From: Botryllus schlosseri
Lineage: Eukaryota
Length of the DNA stretch: 64,000 bases
Reading direction: 5' to 3'
Assembly (NCBI GenBank): GCA_051294905.1
Contig: CM119374.1
Span: 25,854,001 to 25,918,000, forward strand
Shown here: in pieces, positions 1 through 15,000 of the stretch
Layout of the letters: each line of letters opens with the position of its first letter
How positions within the stretch are numbered: position 1 is the first letter of the stretch
The notes under the pieces: generated by a model
Told to the model about the DNA's origin: nothing
Databases searched by the model: none
The model's input: the letters and a program-made list of their open reading frames with translations, nothing else
Position numbers and translations under genes: made by a program

Positions 1-3000
1 CTCTTTGAAATGGACTGTACTCGCCGTCTAGCCGAAGATAAATCATAGAATGAATCATCAATAACTGCAGTCTGCACTACATGGGCAACATAGCGTATGC
101 TGAGAGATTCCGGGTCTCACCTATAAGACATAAGGAGTAGTACCGATAGTGATTACTATAGTCTCTACAAATGCTGAAAAGACCCAGCTGGTGAATGGTT
201 ACAATAACGATAAACCAAACTCCGTTGGCGGTATCATCCGTACTATGTGAGTTAATTTATCGCAAAACGGCAGAAGCTTATATATTCTGACTCTATAACT
301 ATTCAAAGTTTGATTTAGAAGTTGAGCTTTGTAACAACGGAAGTTTGTGATATCCGTTTGAACTGCCAACATAGGATCGCCTATATTTATCTTGAAGACG
401 CCATTATTGACAATATGTTCTTACATTTCATGATTCGTCCGGTGACTAGAAACAGAAGTCAGGAAATCAATCTGCTGTAAACCAGCTTACCTTCACGATC
501 TCAAAGAACGCTTGCCTGTCTTGATCGTCCACGAGGCGGTCGTAAAATACCCGATAAACTTCATGAATCCACAATCGCGCGATTTTCAACGTACCGGCCG
601 TACCCGACGGGCAACATTCGCTTCGGAAAAGCAGAACTCCCTGTATACGAAAACAATCCAAAATAGTTCAAGTCACGTTTTATGTAATCATTATGCGCAC
701 CTGAATTACTCTTGCATAGTCTCGCAGGTTGAAAACGTAATGGGATTTGGCAGGCGTCGGTAAGAATTTCGAGATAGCCTGAGTGTATACGTCCGTGGTT
801 GCCCAAATGATAATCCTCCCGAATCGGCGCAATGCGTTGTCGAACCCGCTGAAGATGGAATTTGTGGTTGGACTGATTAGAACCAGACAGAACAGACCGG
901 GTGAATTCAAGGTTCTAATTGGGGATGTATGTCGAGAATTATCCGATTTCTTCGTTACTGACCACCTCTGTTTACAGCTACACGTTTTTACATATAAGGC
1001 TGCTGCGGGCCACAAGTTTAAGTGACATTCCACAATTGATCCTCTGATTAACTTACACGATTAGACAGCTATTTAGCAAATTTACATTCAAACTCGTCAA
1101 CCTGTTGAAATGCCAATCGATCATCGGTTGGAATATGGTCTTCATCGTCTCGTCGTTGAAGGCGTGAATGCTGATCACGTTGAAATGACGCAGCATGCGC
1201 GGGGTGATTTCATTTCTCCCTCCGCCTGGCGGGGCCATAGCCCCCACAATTGACACGTCCACCAGATTCAGCGTGCTGGTGTCCTGCAAAATTTGTGTTG
1301 AAAATGGATATTACTTGGGTTTGGGTCACAATTTTGTAGTGTTATAATTATGCCCGTGCAAAGTCGAATACGTGAGTGATTCGATTCTGAATCACGTATT
1401 TTGCTTCGAGTTGAGTTGAGGATTCGAGTATAATTTTAACGTCATAACAGAATTGATGATGTGTAAAGTTATGTAGCATTTATGCGACCAAAAAAAAAAT
1501 AATGTCAGTTCTTCACCACATTATTGATAATTCAGTAGCTTTTTCACCATACCTATGACTTAGGGTTAACATATTTTAGAATCCATAACGGACGACACTT
1601 TCTGCAAATCGTAAATGTCAGATTACTGCACTACAAAACTACTGGTTTTAAAATTTGTACTACAAATCATGTTGTGCTGACTAAAAAAACGTCCTATAAT
1701 CCCGAGTGACCCGCTCGAACGTCCTAGTTACAGATTTTACGGCATTAATGGTTTAATGGCGTTTTTAGCCTGTCTATGACCCTGGCTGTCAAAGCTGTTA
1801 GGAAGGAAGGATTTCCAGAAAGGAGGACATTTAGGCGTCATCGGAGAACATTTTTGATTTCCTCATATCAACTCTAATTGTAATCATCAAGACAGAACAG
1901 AAATTTCATGACAACTGTGGGTGCTCGTGGCAACAGAATACATTTAGTGTTCAATTCAACTATGCCAGCTGATTTGCATGACCAAGTTCATATCATATTC
2001 AGTACAGATACGAGAAATATCTCCTTACTTTTTTATCAAACCAATATCCATGATCGACCCACTGTCGCAGAAGTTCGATTGGAGGTTGCGCCCCGTATTT
2101 TTCTTTCGCCGGCATGTTCAAGTCATCAACGAAAACGATCATTCTTTTACCAGGCAATGGACCATATATTCCCCGCCTTCGTCTAAAAAGCAAACAGGGT
2201 TCAAGAGGTTGCCAATTTCGCCCTACGAATGCCTTAAAAAGACAAATAATAATGTACCACTCTAATCTTGAAAAATAGCGATCATTTACTTATCCAGCTT
2301 GGAGAAGATCATATCCTGCGTTTGAGCAGCGCTTGTTTTTGCGGAAAAATTCACGTTCGTGATCAAAAACTCGTTTTTCGGCAACTGCCGCAAAAAGCTG
2401 TTTGTGATCGCGCTTTTGCCAGTCCCAGTCGGTCCGATCAATAGCAGAGGCTTGCCGAGAGTGACGAACCTTTCCAGGAAATACGTTTGCCGGAACGTGT
2501 CCACGGTGTCGATGATGATGTTACTCAGCTGGTGGATTCAAAATAATTGATCACAAAGGGTTGATGTATAGCGCTACTTGTGTACCAAGGAACACAATGG
2601 ATAGTCAGTCACAAACAAGTCACACAGCAAGCACCGTTCCATACAAAACTCAGGGCATTGAAGCTTACGCAATATGCATTTATGCCAGAAACAACACGTG
2701 ATATTCTCATAGAAGCTACATTGAACCGACTCCAAACTTGGGTTCAATCTTTCATACTCTCACACACAGAGACACATTATTATAAAAACATGGCTTGACG
2801 ATATTTAATTCTGGACTAATGTTTTTCGTTTCATTTCGAGTACAATTCACTGAACTTTAGAAGACGAAAAGAATTCTCCGCCTTTCTCATTATCATTTTA
2901 AAAACCATAGCAAAATGAATGTGGTCCATGCTTATGCTAACTTGCGTACATCTTCAATCATTGTATATTGTATAAGAATGACTCTCTCATCGATACAGAT

Positions 3001-6000
3001 CGTATATCGAAATGGAAAAAAACTCAATCTTCATCAGCTGAAATTTAAAGCCTCCAAGGGCGTTAATCTCAATTGACTCATTTTGAAAACGGCTCGAAGG
3101 GAAAGGAGGGTGTCTTTCTCCAGTAGAATGAAACTAATGAACAAAATCATCATACTGAACATAAGGAAACCGATGAACACAACGAAATTTCAGACTGTCC
3201 ATATGAGACAGCAATAGTGCAGAAGAAGAATATGATTGTAATAGACAATGCAGATAACTAGAAAACAATTTATACATAAAAATATCAATCAAGGTCGAAA
3301 GAATTTATTAGAGATAAGAGAAAGTAATAAAGATTTTAACGTACAATCACCGTAGAATCAAACAACTAATGGAAGAAAATTGTACAGTGTACTATGTGAA
3401 TCTTGTGTGCGCATATGATATGCGAAAAGAATAATCGAAGGATAAATTAGCTCACCGTCAATCTGACGATGTGGTGATTCTTCTGCGTCGGTAGGAAACA
3501 TACAAATTAGATGGAGCGGTGCAAATTTTGCGTGATCATGAAAAAGCAACTAAAAGCGTGAGTAAGCACATATTTTGAAGCGCGGAAAAAGTCAGTGGAT
3601 ATCATGCAACGAAGATAAAATGCAGATGATCGCTAGACAGAAAACGCATTCACGATAGCGAGAATGAAATCAGAGCTACAAGTAAGTCTATCAAATGCTG
3701 ACTATCGAGAATGGAAAGCATCAGAAGCGATTTCAAATTCCATATATAGTGTTACTGGGATGTGGTCATAAAACACCATCCAAGAAATGTTATTGGAATT
3801 TTGCAAACTAAAATATTTCTAACCCCGGCGTTACGGGTGCGTCGTTGCGTATCTTAAGATGAATAATATGTGAAATATATATGTTAGTGGCCTTTAGCAG
3901 TAGCAACGTAATAGTATATACAGGTAATAGTCGTAAATTAATAAAGCATTTAGTACCATTAGCGCTTAGAATTGACATGTGTCAAATTAATTCATGCGCG
4001 GCATGCTGATTATATAACTGTGTAGCAAATTAAGCGTTAAGTTATTGCAATTTCTGGTTTCTACCATTTACCTGTCGCGTTAGGAATTCCTGATATAAAA
4101 CATATGAGACAAAAATTGTCGAATGTTGCAAGTGAATCGATTCACATTGATATCCTACCTTAGTGTCTTCGGTCAAGTCTGGTGTCTTCGTCATGTTACC
4201 CCAACGATGCCACGAGCCGTAGCTCTTCTTTACGAAGACGTAGTCGAAGATACTTCCTCGCTTCGGTATCAGCAGGCTTCTGGGTAGGCGGAGGTCCTTG
4301 GGTGGTGGGTGCGCTCCTTTGCCAGTTGTTGTGTCGAATAGTTCGCGGAAAAAGTCGTTGAACCTGCGACGAAATGAAGGAAACATAAATAATAACAGAT
4401 CCATTGCGCCATCTAACGGTTCAACATCTCGATTGGATATTACAGCAATTTATCGTCTGGATCAGTGGTTCCCAACCTTTTTCGACTCATCGCCCCCCCT
4501 TTGAAGCTCCACACCGATCATCGCCCCCCAAATATTGGGAACCGATTTCGTCAGCCCCTTCCTCCAAAAAACGTTGGTCTTTGGCCCCATGGGGTGATAA
4601 ACCAAACCCCAGACCCCCCTCAGCCAGAGGGCTTTTTGTCGCTACATAACAGCTATACCCTATTTCCTGTACTGTTTGGTGAGTCACCGTATTTCGCCTA
4701 AACGCGCGAAGCGCGACAAATTTATATAATTCATGTTTGAATCGGTCAATATGATCGATGTGGTATGTCGGAAAAGGTAGGACCCCTAAATATTCATTAA
4801 ACATCTTTGGGCGGAATCGTTGTTATATTGACTTCTTAACAAGATGCTATTTCGTGACCTCCTATATCTGCTATGTCAGAAGATATGGAAATCGTCAAAA
4901 CGTACCAAACTAAAAGATGTACATGATTTCATATTGGTATTTCTTTACTGGCAAATATTTTTTTCCTTGCGGGATGGCATTTGTCCTGTAGGGTTAAGGT
5001 CACCAGGACAGGAACATTCGACGCCAGCCATTGAGGCGCCTATGGACAATTAGACATTGTATATATATCGAAGTTTTCGGTCAGCACAAGGGCATTCCTT
5101 TTCGGCCAAGGTCTTCTCGCTGCTGATCGTTCTGACACACTTCTCGAAGTCGCATGTTACATGATATCCAACTTCATATGCCTTGGTGCGTCGTGGCGCA
5201 GTAATGGCCGACGCCGAAGTCTTCCATTTGTATAAATCATGCGTATTTTTGTTGGTTGACGGGGACCCCAACATCAAGATACATGGAAATATTAAATCGC
5301 GCACATCGCGAGAAATTTTTGAAAAAGTCGCATTCATTTCTAAAAAATTACGATATTATTCATGTTAATTCACGAAATAATTTTGGGCTTCCTTCGATTT
5401 CGGCCCCCCCCCCACCCCTAATTGGGGTGTTTGGGGTGCGGTAGTTACGGTCCCGACCCCAATATAGCCGTTTTAACATACCATCGCCCCCCTATCGCCC
5501 CTTCATTCTTTTCGCCCCCTATCGCCCCCTTCGTCCGTTTTCGCCCCCCTATCGCCCCCTTCGTTATTTTCGCCCCCCTAGACCGCCAAATCGCCCCCTG
5601 GGGGGCGATATCGCCCACGTTGGGAACCACTGGTCTGGATTCATCAAGTCAATGCGATAGACAGGCAGGCTAAATATGGATATTAGACATGCTTGGATTT
5701 ATATCGCAATAGATGTGGAGAGTACTGACGCACATTTGACATGGTGGTAACTCTCAGTATATAGCATGTATGACCCCAAGACCAGACGTATTGGTCCTGT
5801 TTTAGATTTATTTTATGCCTTCAGTAATTCCGTCAACATACCAGCTAAAACTGAGTTGGCTAAGTTCATCATGATGCAGACATGTTGTGTCCCGTCGACG
5901 CGATAAGGTTGCTAGAAACGACGGGCCTGTTTCTACAATATTGTAAGGCAAAATAGATTCAATTGGGATACAAATATATGCCCCAAGATTTGCATAACAA

Positions 6001-9000
6001 TCAATGACGATCGAACAAGGTGATGCAAACTTTCCTAGGTCAAGTATTTCAATCAGATTCACGCAATTCATCAATGACCTCTATACGATTAACGACCTAT
6101 GTATTTAAAACATTGCTAATCTGGTTGGAAACGCGGACAGCTAAGCGTAGGTGTGTTACTGATACCAAACCAATTTCAAGATTGTTATCCAACCAAGGCA
6201 GCGCGCTTTTCTTGATTATAGTCAGACGCCTAACAATGCAACATCCGCAAACCCATTGTGTTGAAAGGCGACAGTGGCAAGTGCCGAACGGGCTAACAGA
6301 ATTTACATTTACGGTATTGACATTTACATAAACGCTTACGTTATGGGAAATTCTAAAAGAATATTCTGCAACTGGCGGCGTTTAGTAAGCGAGATATGAA
6401 TTACGCTATTCACTGGACTGTAATAACCTTGTTGCCACTATTTATAATTCGGAATTCAAGAGGGAGGAGTCAGTTTTAGAAAGCAGGTTGATCTTAATCG
6501 TCTGAATTTACTTCTTTTACTTCTTATTTTGCGGCTAGCTTTTGCCCATCAATGTATCTGTAGTAGCCTACAGTACAATTGTACTTTGTAGAGTGCACTG
6601 TGCATAACAAATTGTACAATGTGTATTGTACAATGTACTGTATATGTAGCCGCGGGTAAGCGATGCATATGTACCTTACTTTTACAGCTCCTCAAAACTG
6701 CATAACACAGTGTATCTTCGTGTACAAAGTGGTTATTGCTGATGATTCTATGCAAAGTTCGAATGACCTGATTCGATGCGATTATAGAATCAGTGATTCG
6801 AATGCGCGATCCATTTTCTAATATTACCACAACTTGACATAACATCGGAGATAGATCCTCGATTTACACAAATCTCATGTATGGAGAAATCACCTCCGCT
6901 TCATCACTATATGAGCGAGGCGCAATGTGATTGGCTGCGAACGCGGAAGTTCAAAGGTCATCGTGAAGACATTGGTCATTTCGTTTGAGTGAATATTAGT
7001 CAAATACATCCATTCCTGTCACTATACGCTATGGTGGAGATCTGGCAAATACATACATATTCCACTAATGTTTGTACAGTGTGCTACATTAAAATCACGA
7101 TCCCGTAATACTCACCTTTCTCTGGAAGCTTCTTCGATCACTCCAGCCACGGACCAAACGACAGAAAACAGAAAGTGCGCAATCAACATGTTGCCACGCT
7201 CTTCTATAGCCTGAAATAGTGGAATGCATCGCTAACTTTCCATACATAAGAGAATAAAGATGATAGGCCTACACACACCTTCATTTCTGATGCCGACACT
7301 CTGTTTGCGGACTGAGTGTCATTGTCGGTGATGGAGGTGGATATGCTTTCCATTTCGCTCTCCTCGCTTGGACTGGATGCGTTACTAAATTGGCAGTCTA
7401 AGTTAGAAAGTGCTGGACGCTGTCGTGAGCATAGTTACTTACACATTCGTTACATCGGTTAGGCGTGTGTGCGTGCAAGCATGCCAAAAGTGCAGGTGGT
7501 GAATGCAAGAAAAATACTGTTAGTTGCATTCAGAAGAGTGTTATTAGAAAGCATGCCGAGCATGAAACCTATAATCTATACAAAGCGGATAGGAAAGCTT
7601 CCCTGTACGTACCGTACAAACATAACTATCATGCACGAAGGAAAACTAGTGCGATGTAAAAGAAGGTTTAAAGATCATGGATTTCCGTGATACATCCATA
7701 TGACAAACTTCACAATCATCCCAATAAACGACTATAGAATTCTTGAGTTCGAATAGACATTGCAGTGCTTATAAACTTTCTCTATGTGCAGTGAGTGTAC
7801 TATAGGAAAATGTACTACAAGTGTAGGCTATCAACTACCACTGCGGCATTAATATCATTACCGTACCATAATTCGTTGAGCATGCAGCTGTATAGTTTTA
7901 GCATGTCGCGATACATCCATAGGACAAGCTCCATAATCAACCCAATAAAAGTCTGGAATCATTGATATCGAATACAGACTGTACTGTACAGTGTATTGCT
8001 CATAATCTTTCTATATACGGAGTGAGTGTACTCGGAAAATGCACTAAAAGTGAAGGCTATCAACTAACACTACGGCATTAATATGATTACCGTACCTTAA
8101 TTCGTTGAGCATGCAGCTGTATAGTTTTAGCAGGTTGGCTGTTATGTGCATTTCAGAAATATGTACCATTTGATGGCAGTGCTTCAAGACAAACTGAATG
8201 CACGGCGGCACCTGAAAAATATCATCATCACATGCACTTTTCGTAATACATTAATATGTTGGCAGAAAAAAGGTAATGCTTACCAGCCATTCAAAGAGAG
8301 CGCGCACAGTGTCTTTTTGCTGCTTAGTGAGATATTCAGGTAGAGATTTTTGTAGCCATGATGCTACCAGGGACCCTGACCCTAGCTCTTTTGGGTCCAT
8401 ATAAATCATGCCGCACCTGACAATGTAAAAGAAAAGATCCAGTAATTTCAGAGCTTCTATATGCATTGTGCTGCATTATACTGTCGAAGAACTGGAAACG
8501 GCATAAGTAGGATCCTACATTCCCATTGCACCATTGACTTTCAAGTGTCCAATTTTCTTGCAAGACATGTCGGTATTAAAATATTTACCTGCTAACTGTG
8601 GCAGGGGAAGCTTGTTCAAGATTCTGAACTTCGAATATAATATTCTGTTTGTTGTTCATCGCGATAATTTCCCCGCTCATCAAACACAGCTGAAACAAAT
8701 ATCCGTATAGGTGTATTAGTCCATCTCAAGTTTAAACGCCTGATCATATACCTTTTTATTGTCGTCAAGCACTGTGTTCAAGTTTTCAACCCATACCGCA
8801 TCCACCGGGCCATCGAATATCAACCATTTTCTGTTTTCGTCTGTACTGGTCGCGTGTTCTCTGAATGTGTTGGCTAGGATTCCTGCGCATAGTCTTGTGA
8901 TCAGGACAGTATTAATACATAACTCATAGCTATATTTACCATCAGACCATTCGTGAGAAACGGGATCGAAGCTACCGTACAACTGAGCCATTGTCACGGC

Positions 9001-12000
9001 TTTCGGGTTGATTATTTTCAATTTCACCTGAAAGTAGAGATAAGAATATAGCCATGAGAAGAAAATTTACCAAATTCGGTATTTTGACTGATTTCTGCTC
9101 TACGAACTGCTACAATTATTCATTGGAAGCTATGCAATTATGGTTTCAGATTACAAGTACAGCAAAATGTAACGAGTAACGAGAATGACACACTTATATC
9201 ATATATTCCACAATAAATTTTAAGGGGCATCAATGTATACTTTAAATAACGATATGGTCAATGGTCAAATATAACTATGTGGTTAAGTAATGAGATACGA
9301 GTATGCCTATGCCTATCTCGTACTGAAGTGTAGTCTTCTACATATTTCCCAGACTGAGAGGTGAATCTTTATATCAAGAGGCATCTTTTATCCATTTCTT
9401 ACTGGATTTTCATTCATTTCTTTCTTCACAGCTGAGTCGCCGAGAGCTTTCGATAAAATGTTGTATGCGGTTGTCTTCCCGCCGATCGCTTTTCCGACAA
9501 TCATAAACCCGTGTCGCACGAGAAGCATTTCGTAAACTTGAATGATCTTTCCGATAAACCACGGAACGGCCTGCAAAATGATAACACATACCTATATTTT
9601 GAGGCTTTGCTGGATCCTCCTAGTGTTATCAATGCTGAATATGATTCAATGGCAGTATCGTTGCACGGATCATAACTTTTCTATGCTTTCGGGGGTTTTA
9701 ATAGATCTCCCATGTGATAATGATGGTATGAAGCATACCTGAAGATTGTTCTTGCTGATTTCAGACAGTATCGCCGTTTCCAGAACGCCGTGGTCTGGTT
9801 CCGGTAAATTCACCCCCGGAAACAAATCTGATATTATCCCTTGGAACAGAGGGATGTCGTGTGACAAAAACTTAGGCAAATTCACGTCGGTGATGGCGCG
9901 GAGCATAAGCTCGTCTTCCGGCTCTTCCGGGAACTTGAGCTTGAGATTTCCTGAAAATAGACGGCAATTTGTTACGTTTTATTCCCATAGCCTACATTCC
10001 AAAACAATCCTAAATGTGTTAAAGGTTAAATGAAGACTATATGAGCCGGGTTGTAATGACTCGAGTCATGACTCGACTCGAGTCCGTCTCGAGTCACGAT
10101 ATTCTGATGACTCGACTTGACTCGAGTCATTTTCTTAAAATACGGAAATGATTCGACTCGACTCGAGTCATTCTGTGTATTGACTCGACTTGGACTCGAC
10201 TCATTGCGCATGACTCGAACCAAGTTAAAGGACTCGAGACTCAGACGGCGACGGCCGACATTTCATTGTAATTTCGAAGAATAGTAAAGTAACCACACTA
10301 TTGGGTTTTCGTCTATTGGAAATGGTACTTGGAAATGCGACCAGAAACTGCTTAAAGCGCTGAAAATTAGTATATTATAAATGCGAACCATTCGATATCA
10401 CCAAACAGAGTTATAAAAAGCTGGTTTAACAAGACTTTAACTGGACACTGAGCACTGAGCAGTCACCAAAATGACTTGGACTCTGACTCGAGTCATACTG
10501 CTATGACTCGGAATTGACCCTCTGATCGTTGACTTGGACTCGGACTTGAGTCGGTGGTGAATTGAAAATGACTCGACTTGACTCGAGTCAAAACTATAAA
10601 AGTGAGATTGACTTGTAACTCGGAGCCTAGTGACTTGGTTACAACCCAGTATATGAGTCATCCAGCGGTGGCCAAAGTATAGTCAGTATTGATACTCCAG
10701 TAGAAAGACAGTCCCATCGCATACGTCTACTCAGTTACGAGTAGAAGTATCTATTTCCAAGACACGTAAAAACTACTTCATATGGAAGTAGTGTGTTGAA
10801 AATGGAGATCTGAAATGCACTCATGTAATATGCTTCATGAAGTAGATTTCGTCAGGGAGTTGCATAGTTTTATTATGACTAATATCACAACAAATACGTG
10901 CAATTCACGACAATAAGTTCAGTTACTGTGGTACAGGGGATGCTCAGATCGGTTGTTATGACAATTCCACTCCTAAAGTAGCAAACATAAGCCCTAAAAA
11001 TACAAAGTCTAAAATGTGAGCAGTTTTCCCTAAATATATGTTAGGTATATGTGGAACTAGTCTGAAAGGGTAACCTCTTAAGTAGGAAAAGTAGGAAAAA
11101 CCTATATTTGTGAGTGCTATGAAAAAGTAGAAGTACTTCGTTACCGACAATCTCTTGACATTTGTTAATTTTGATTTCCATTGAAACAATGGATGGGTAC
11201 ATTGGTATACAAACCCGCGGCGGTCAAAACTGACTTCACAGCCCTCATTCCATAATCGTAATGATGTTGAGACGACAGCTGTTCCGAGCACAGCCTGTAG
11301 GTAGCGGTGATTTTCACTGCTAGGCTTCTCGCCTCCACGAATCCCATCGAATACAAGCTGATCTCGGCGATCAGCGCGTAATCCGGTATCATCATGGCGA
11401 CGGTTCGGAATAAAACTTTCAGGTTATCGGGCAACTCCGCTCTTCCTGTAGATGAGGTGAATGTTGGGTAAGTAAGTAAGTAGACCAATCCTTATGGAGA
11501 TATATCCGTGAAGTCTTTTTGCGGTTTCTGGTGGTGCTATACGAAAACACAACCAAATCCACCCCTGGGTTATATCTACATATGGATTAGTGTATTTGAT
11601 TCAATTTGACCTATTGGAATGGGTGTAAATCGTGATTTTGTTCAAGGAAGTGTGGCAAACCACTCAGAAACGCTGAAAGATAAAGAAGAAGACATTTCTG
11701 GCGTTTGGTAGAGCTCATAAATAAATCGTTCGTGCATTATATCATGATATTACCTGTAAAATATCGTAACCCTGTAGAAGAGGTGTTCATGAACTGATGA
11801 AAACTGATTTAATTTGTATCAATGACTTTATCAGTGCAACAAAAGTGTTGCATCATCAAAATTAGGCAAGTATGAGAGGGTTTATCAGGATGATTACTAC
11901 CGATGGCAAATTAATTTTCTTCGCTAGTCCTTTTCTGTTATCATTTATCTCTTTACATCCGGTGTACATGCCTCTTATTTATATGGTCTAAGCCTGGGTG

Positions 12001-15000
12001 GGTGTCTAATTATACTCCTCCAAGTCGTTTATCAAGGTGTATACCTGCATATCCTGGATTCATAGTAATGAATATTGTGCCTGTCGGGTCTAAGCAAATC
12101 TCCGTTCCCTCGAAGACGAAAGTTTCTACCTGGTCAGCAACCGCCCGCTGGATTGTTTGGATCTGTTGCGCCACGACGGACAACACCTACAAAATTTACA
12201 AGGTTTTATCATTATTGTTTTACAAAATGCCATCGCATTTTGCATGCAGTTCGTCGTTTGGTCAGCCGTAGAGGGAGGATCTTTCTTATGCGCAATAGTG
12301 TAAGGATGACATGTTCTCTTTCATTGTTATTGGTAGATCCTTGTTTCATTTGAAAGTGCGGTATATGATTTCGTATCTGCCGAATTGTATAGCACGGCCC
12401 ACTGATATTCTTTTTAACCACCGCTTACGCGGATCAGATGATCAGTATTTTACCTCCAAATCGATTCTGTTGAATTCATCGAAGCAGGCCCAAGCGCCTG
12501 ACTGAGCCAGACCTTTGAAGAACTTCCCCATCGCCTTATAATCGAGACCGTCGGAGCAATTGAAAACGATGCATTGTTTAGCGACCGCTTTCGCGAGGTC
12601 CTTGCACGTCTCCGTCTTTCCTGTTCCGGCAGGGCCTTCGGGCGCGCCGCCCAAGTTCAGTTGCAAGGCGCCCATCAATGTTCTGGCAACGAATGAATGG
12701 ATGAATGAAGAAAACCATTTTTGATTTGATACCTATTACATAAACCGTTAAATAATCAGCTGTGGTCACAGTACAATGAACGTTCGTTCTCGAGTAGAAC
12801 TAGTTGATATGCCATAACTTTACATTCAAATGGCGATTTTAAAGATATGTCAAAACTACTCCAAGTGGGAGTATAAAATAAACACCTGATAAGTACTCAA
12901 GCAATTAGTTTCAAAACAAATTTGGTTGAGGGGTGGCAAGTTTTTAGCAGTAAATCGGAAGTAGTTACATTAAAAAATGCAGGGTACGTCCTCCCGACTG
13001 ACTAAAATGACCAATGACAATATATGAGCGAAATTATATGAAATATTTTCATTTGCAGTGATACGTGGATTATTTCGACCAGATATATGATAATTTTAGT
13101 TATAATAGCAATGTCGACATATCACGAAGTTATACTCTCTACTTTAGAAAACTCAAAGTGTGAAAGCTAAATAGTTTCGTTGAACAACAATTGTTTAGTA
13201 GAAGTTGAAGCAATCCAAATACTTGTATAGGTGACACAGACAGGCCAAATCTACTGAGTATTCCGAAAGAGTAGAAGTATTTTAATACTGATTACCTCTG
13301 ACAACAGACAAAGTACGCGATACCAAAATCGAATGCACGAAGGTCGGTATGACCAAGCATCGAAGTCATTCCAAGTGTGTATTTTTACAGTGTGAAGTTA
13401 TCGCTGTTGTTGGGTCATCTGCTATTAGCAATGTCGCATTACCTAATCTCATTTCGTTCGCGCTCATGAATGCTTTGAGAACTTATTCCTGACTACATCA
13501 ATGATCATTTGGAATATATAACATAACTGTTGAATCGAACTTCGAAGTCAGTCGACACGAGGGAAGAAGACAGAAATATATATATAGTTGCTTAATTAAC
13601 ATATTACTATTTAACGCAACAAGACATACCCGTGGAAACTGTATACAGTCGACTAAGAGCTTATAATATTTAGGTCTGCATTGGGAATAATTTACATTGA
13701 TTGTTGCGAGTTCACACCATGTATATAATCCCACCTATAGCATCGTTCTGTCAACGGCGTGATCACAAGCCTCGTGGTGTTTCCGAGATATTCATAACCG
13801 TACATCACGGTCGTGGATATCATCCTGACGGCGATGTCCAGATTTTCCCAGTAATATCGCATTTGAGATATCCACTGAAAGTCCCGAACGTCTCGCACGC
13901 CTTGCTCTGCTAGTTGCGCAACTACGTCTCTTGCTGTAAGTGATAATGAGATTTATCCTTAGCTTACTATAGAATTTTGGACATTGGAATGGATATACTA
14001 TATGTTACGAATGGTGTGAGCCCCTACTTTTTCGGAGTACTTGGGAAGGTATCGCCTCCTTGCAATATATACTCGCGTGGTTATGTTTTCACACTATTTC
14101 AATTTCTATTTCACATTTTGTTGGAAAAATGCAACTTTCTATTCTTTGGGCATTTTTAAGTAGAAAATAGTTTGGGATTACGTTTGCATAACTATTATGA
14201 GTGAAATTTTCATCAGTCGATCGAAATAGCCCCTGTATCGCGGTAACTGTATATAATCGAGGCGATAATTCATAGCATTGGATTGGATGTACATATGTAA
14301 ATATATTATATACGTTTATGGGGTGGGCAATCTTTGATAAAGCTAACGATAGCAGTCCGTACCGTGCACGTCGATGGTCACCAAAGCCCCCAGCGTAACT
14401 CGAGCCATCGTGGTCAGTTTTCCCCGTACAAGATGAATGATGTCCTCGATACGAGAGTCGCATACTTTCAAGTACTCCTTCAGACCGTTCTTTACCTCGA
14501 TTGCCTGAAAACATGCGGTACTTGATATCGAAACATAGATGCACAGTTGCACACTTTGGAAACTCGATACTTTCTCCACGGGTTAAAACTGAGGAAGGAA
14601 TTAGCACTATAAATCCTACGTAGGAGTTTAAAGTTAGGGTACGGATCACAGATCAGTTTCTAATCGTGTCAAAGCATGACCCGTACATCAGGGTTGTAAT
14701 GACTCGAGTCGCGAGTTTTTGGTGACTCGACTCGACTCGACCAATCATATGACTCGAGACTGGGACGGTCAAGACAGGCATTTCATTGTAACTCCGAAGA
14801 ATAGTAAAGTTACCATATTATTGGTATTTCGTCTATGAAAACTGGTACATGAAAAATAGGGCCAGAAACAGAGGGAGAAAAATTACTCATGTTTATGAAT
14901 GCAAGGCATTCTATATCACCAGAGCAGAGTTGAAAAGGTGGGCTGAACGTGGCGTGAACTGAAAACTGAACGGTGAGCACAATGACTTGGACTCGGACTC

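Noticed and set aside
6570-6650. (TGTACAA)n-like tracts here and at ~27890-27960 and ~31190-31330
   Set aside because: Simple low-complexity repeats with no shared flanks or evident function.
10046-10649. GACTCGAGTC repeat arrays as a CRISPR-like array
   Set aside because: Irregular spacing, eukaryotic intron context, and TIRs with an 8-bp TSD identify a hAT MITE.
14089-14649. Longest ORF in the track (186 aa, minus strand)
   Set aside because: Off-frame overlap of dynein exon 14363-14504 plus intron sequence; no motif.
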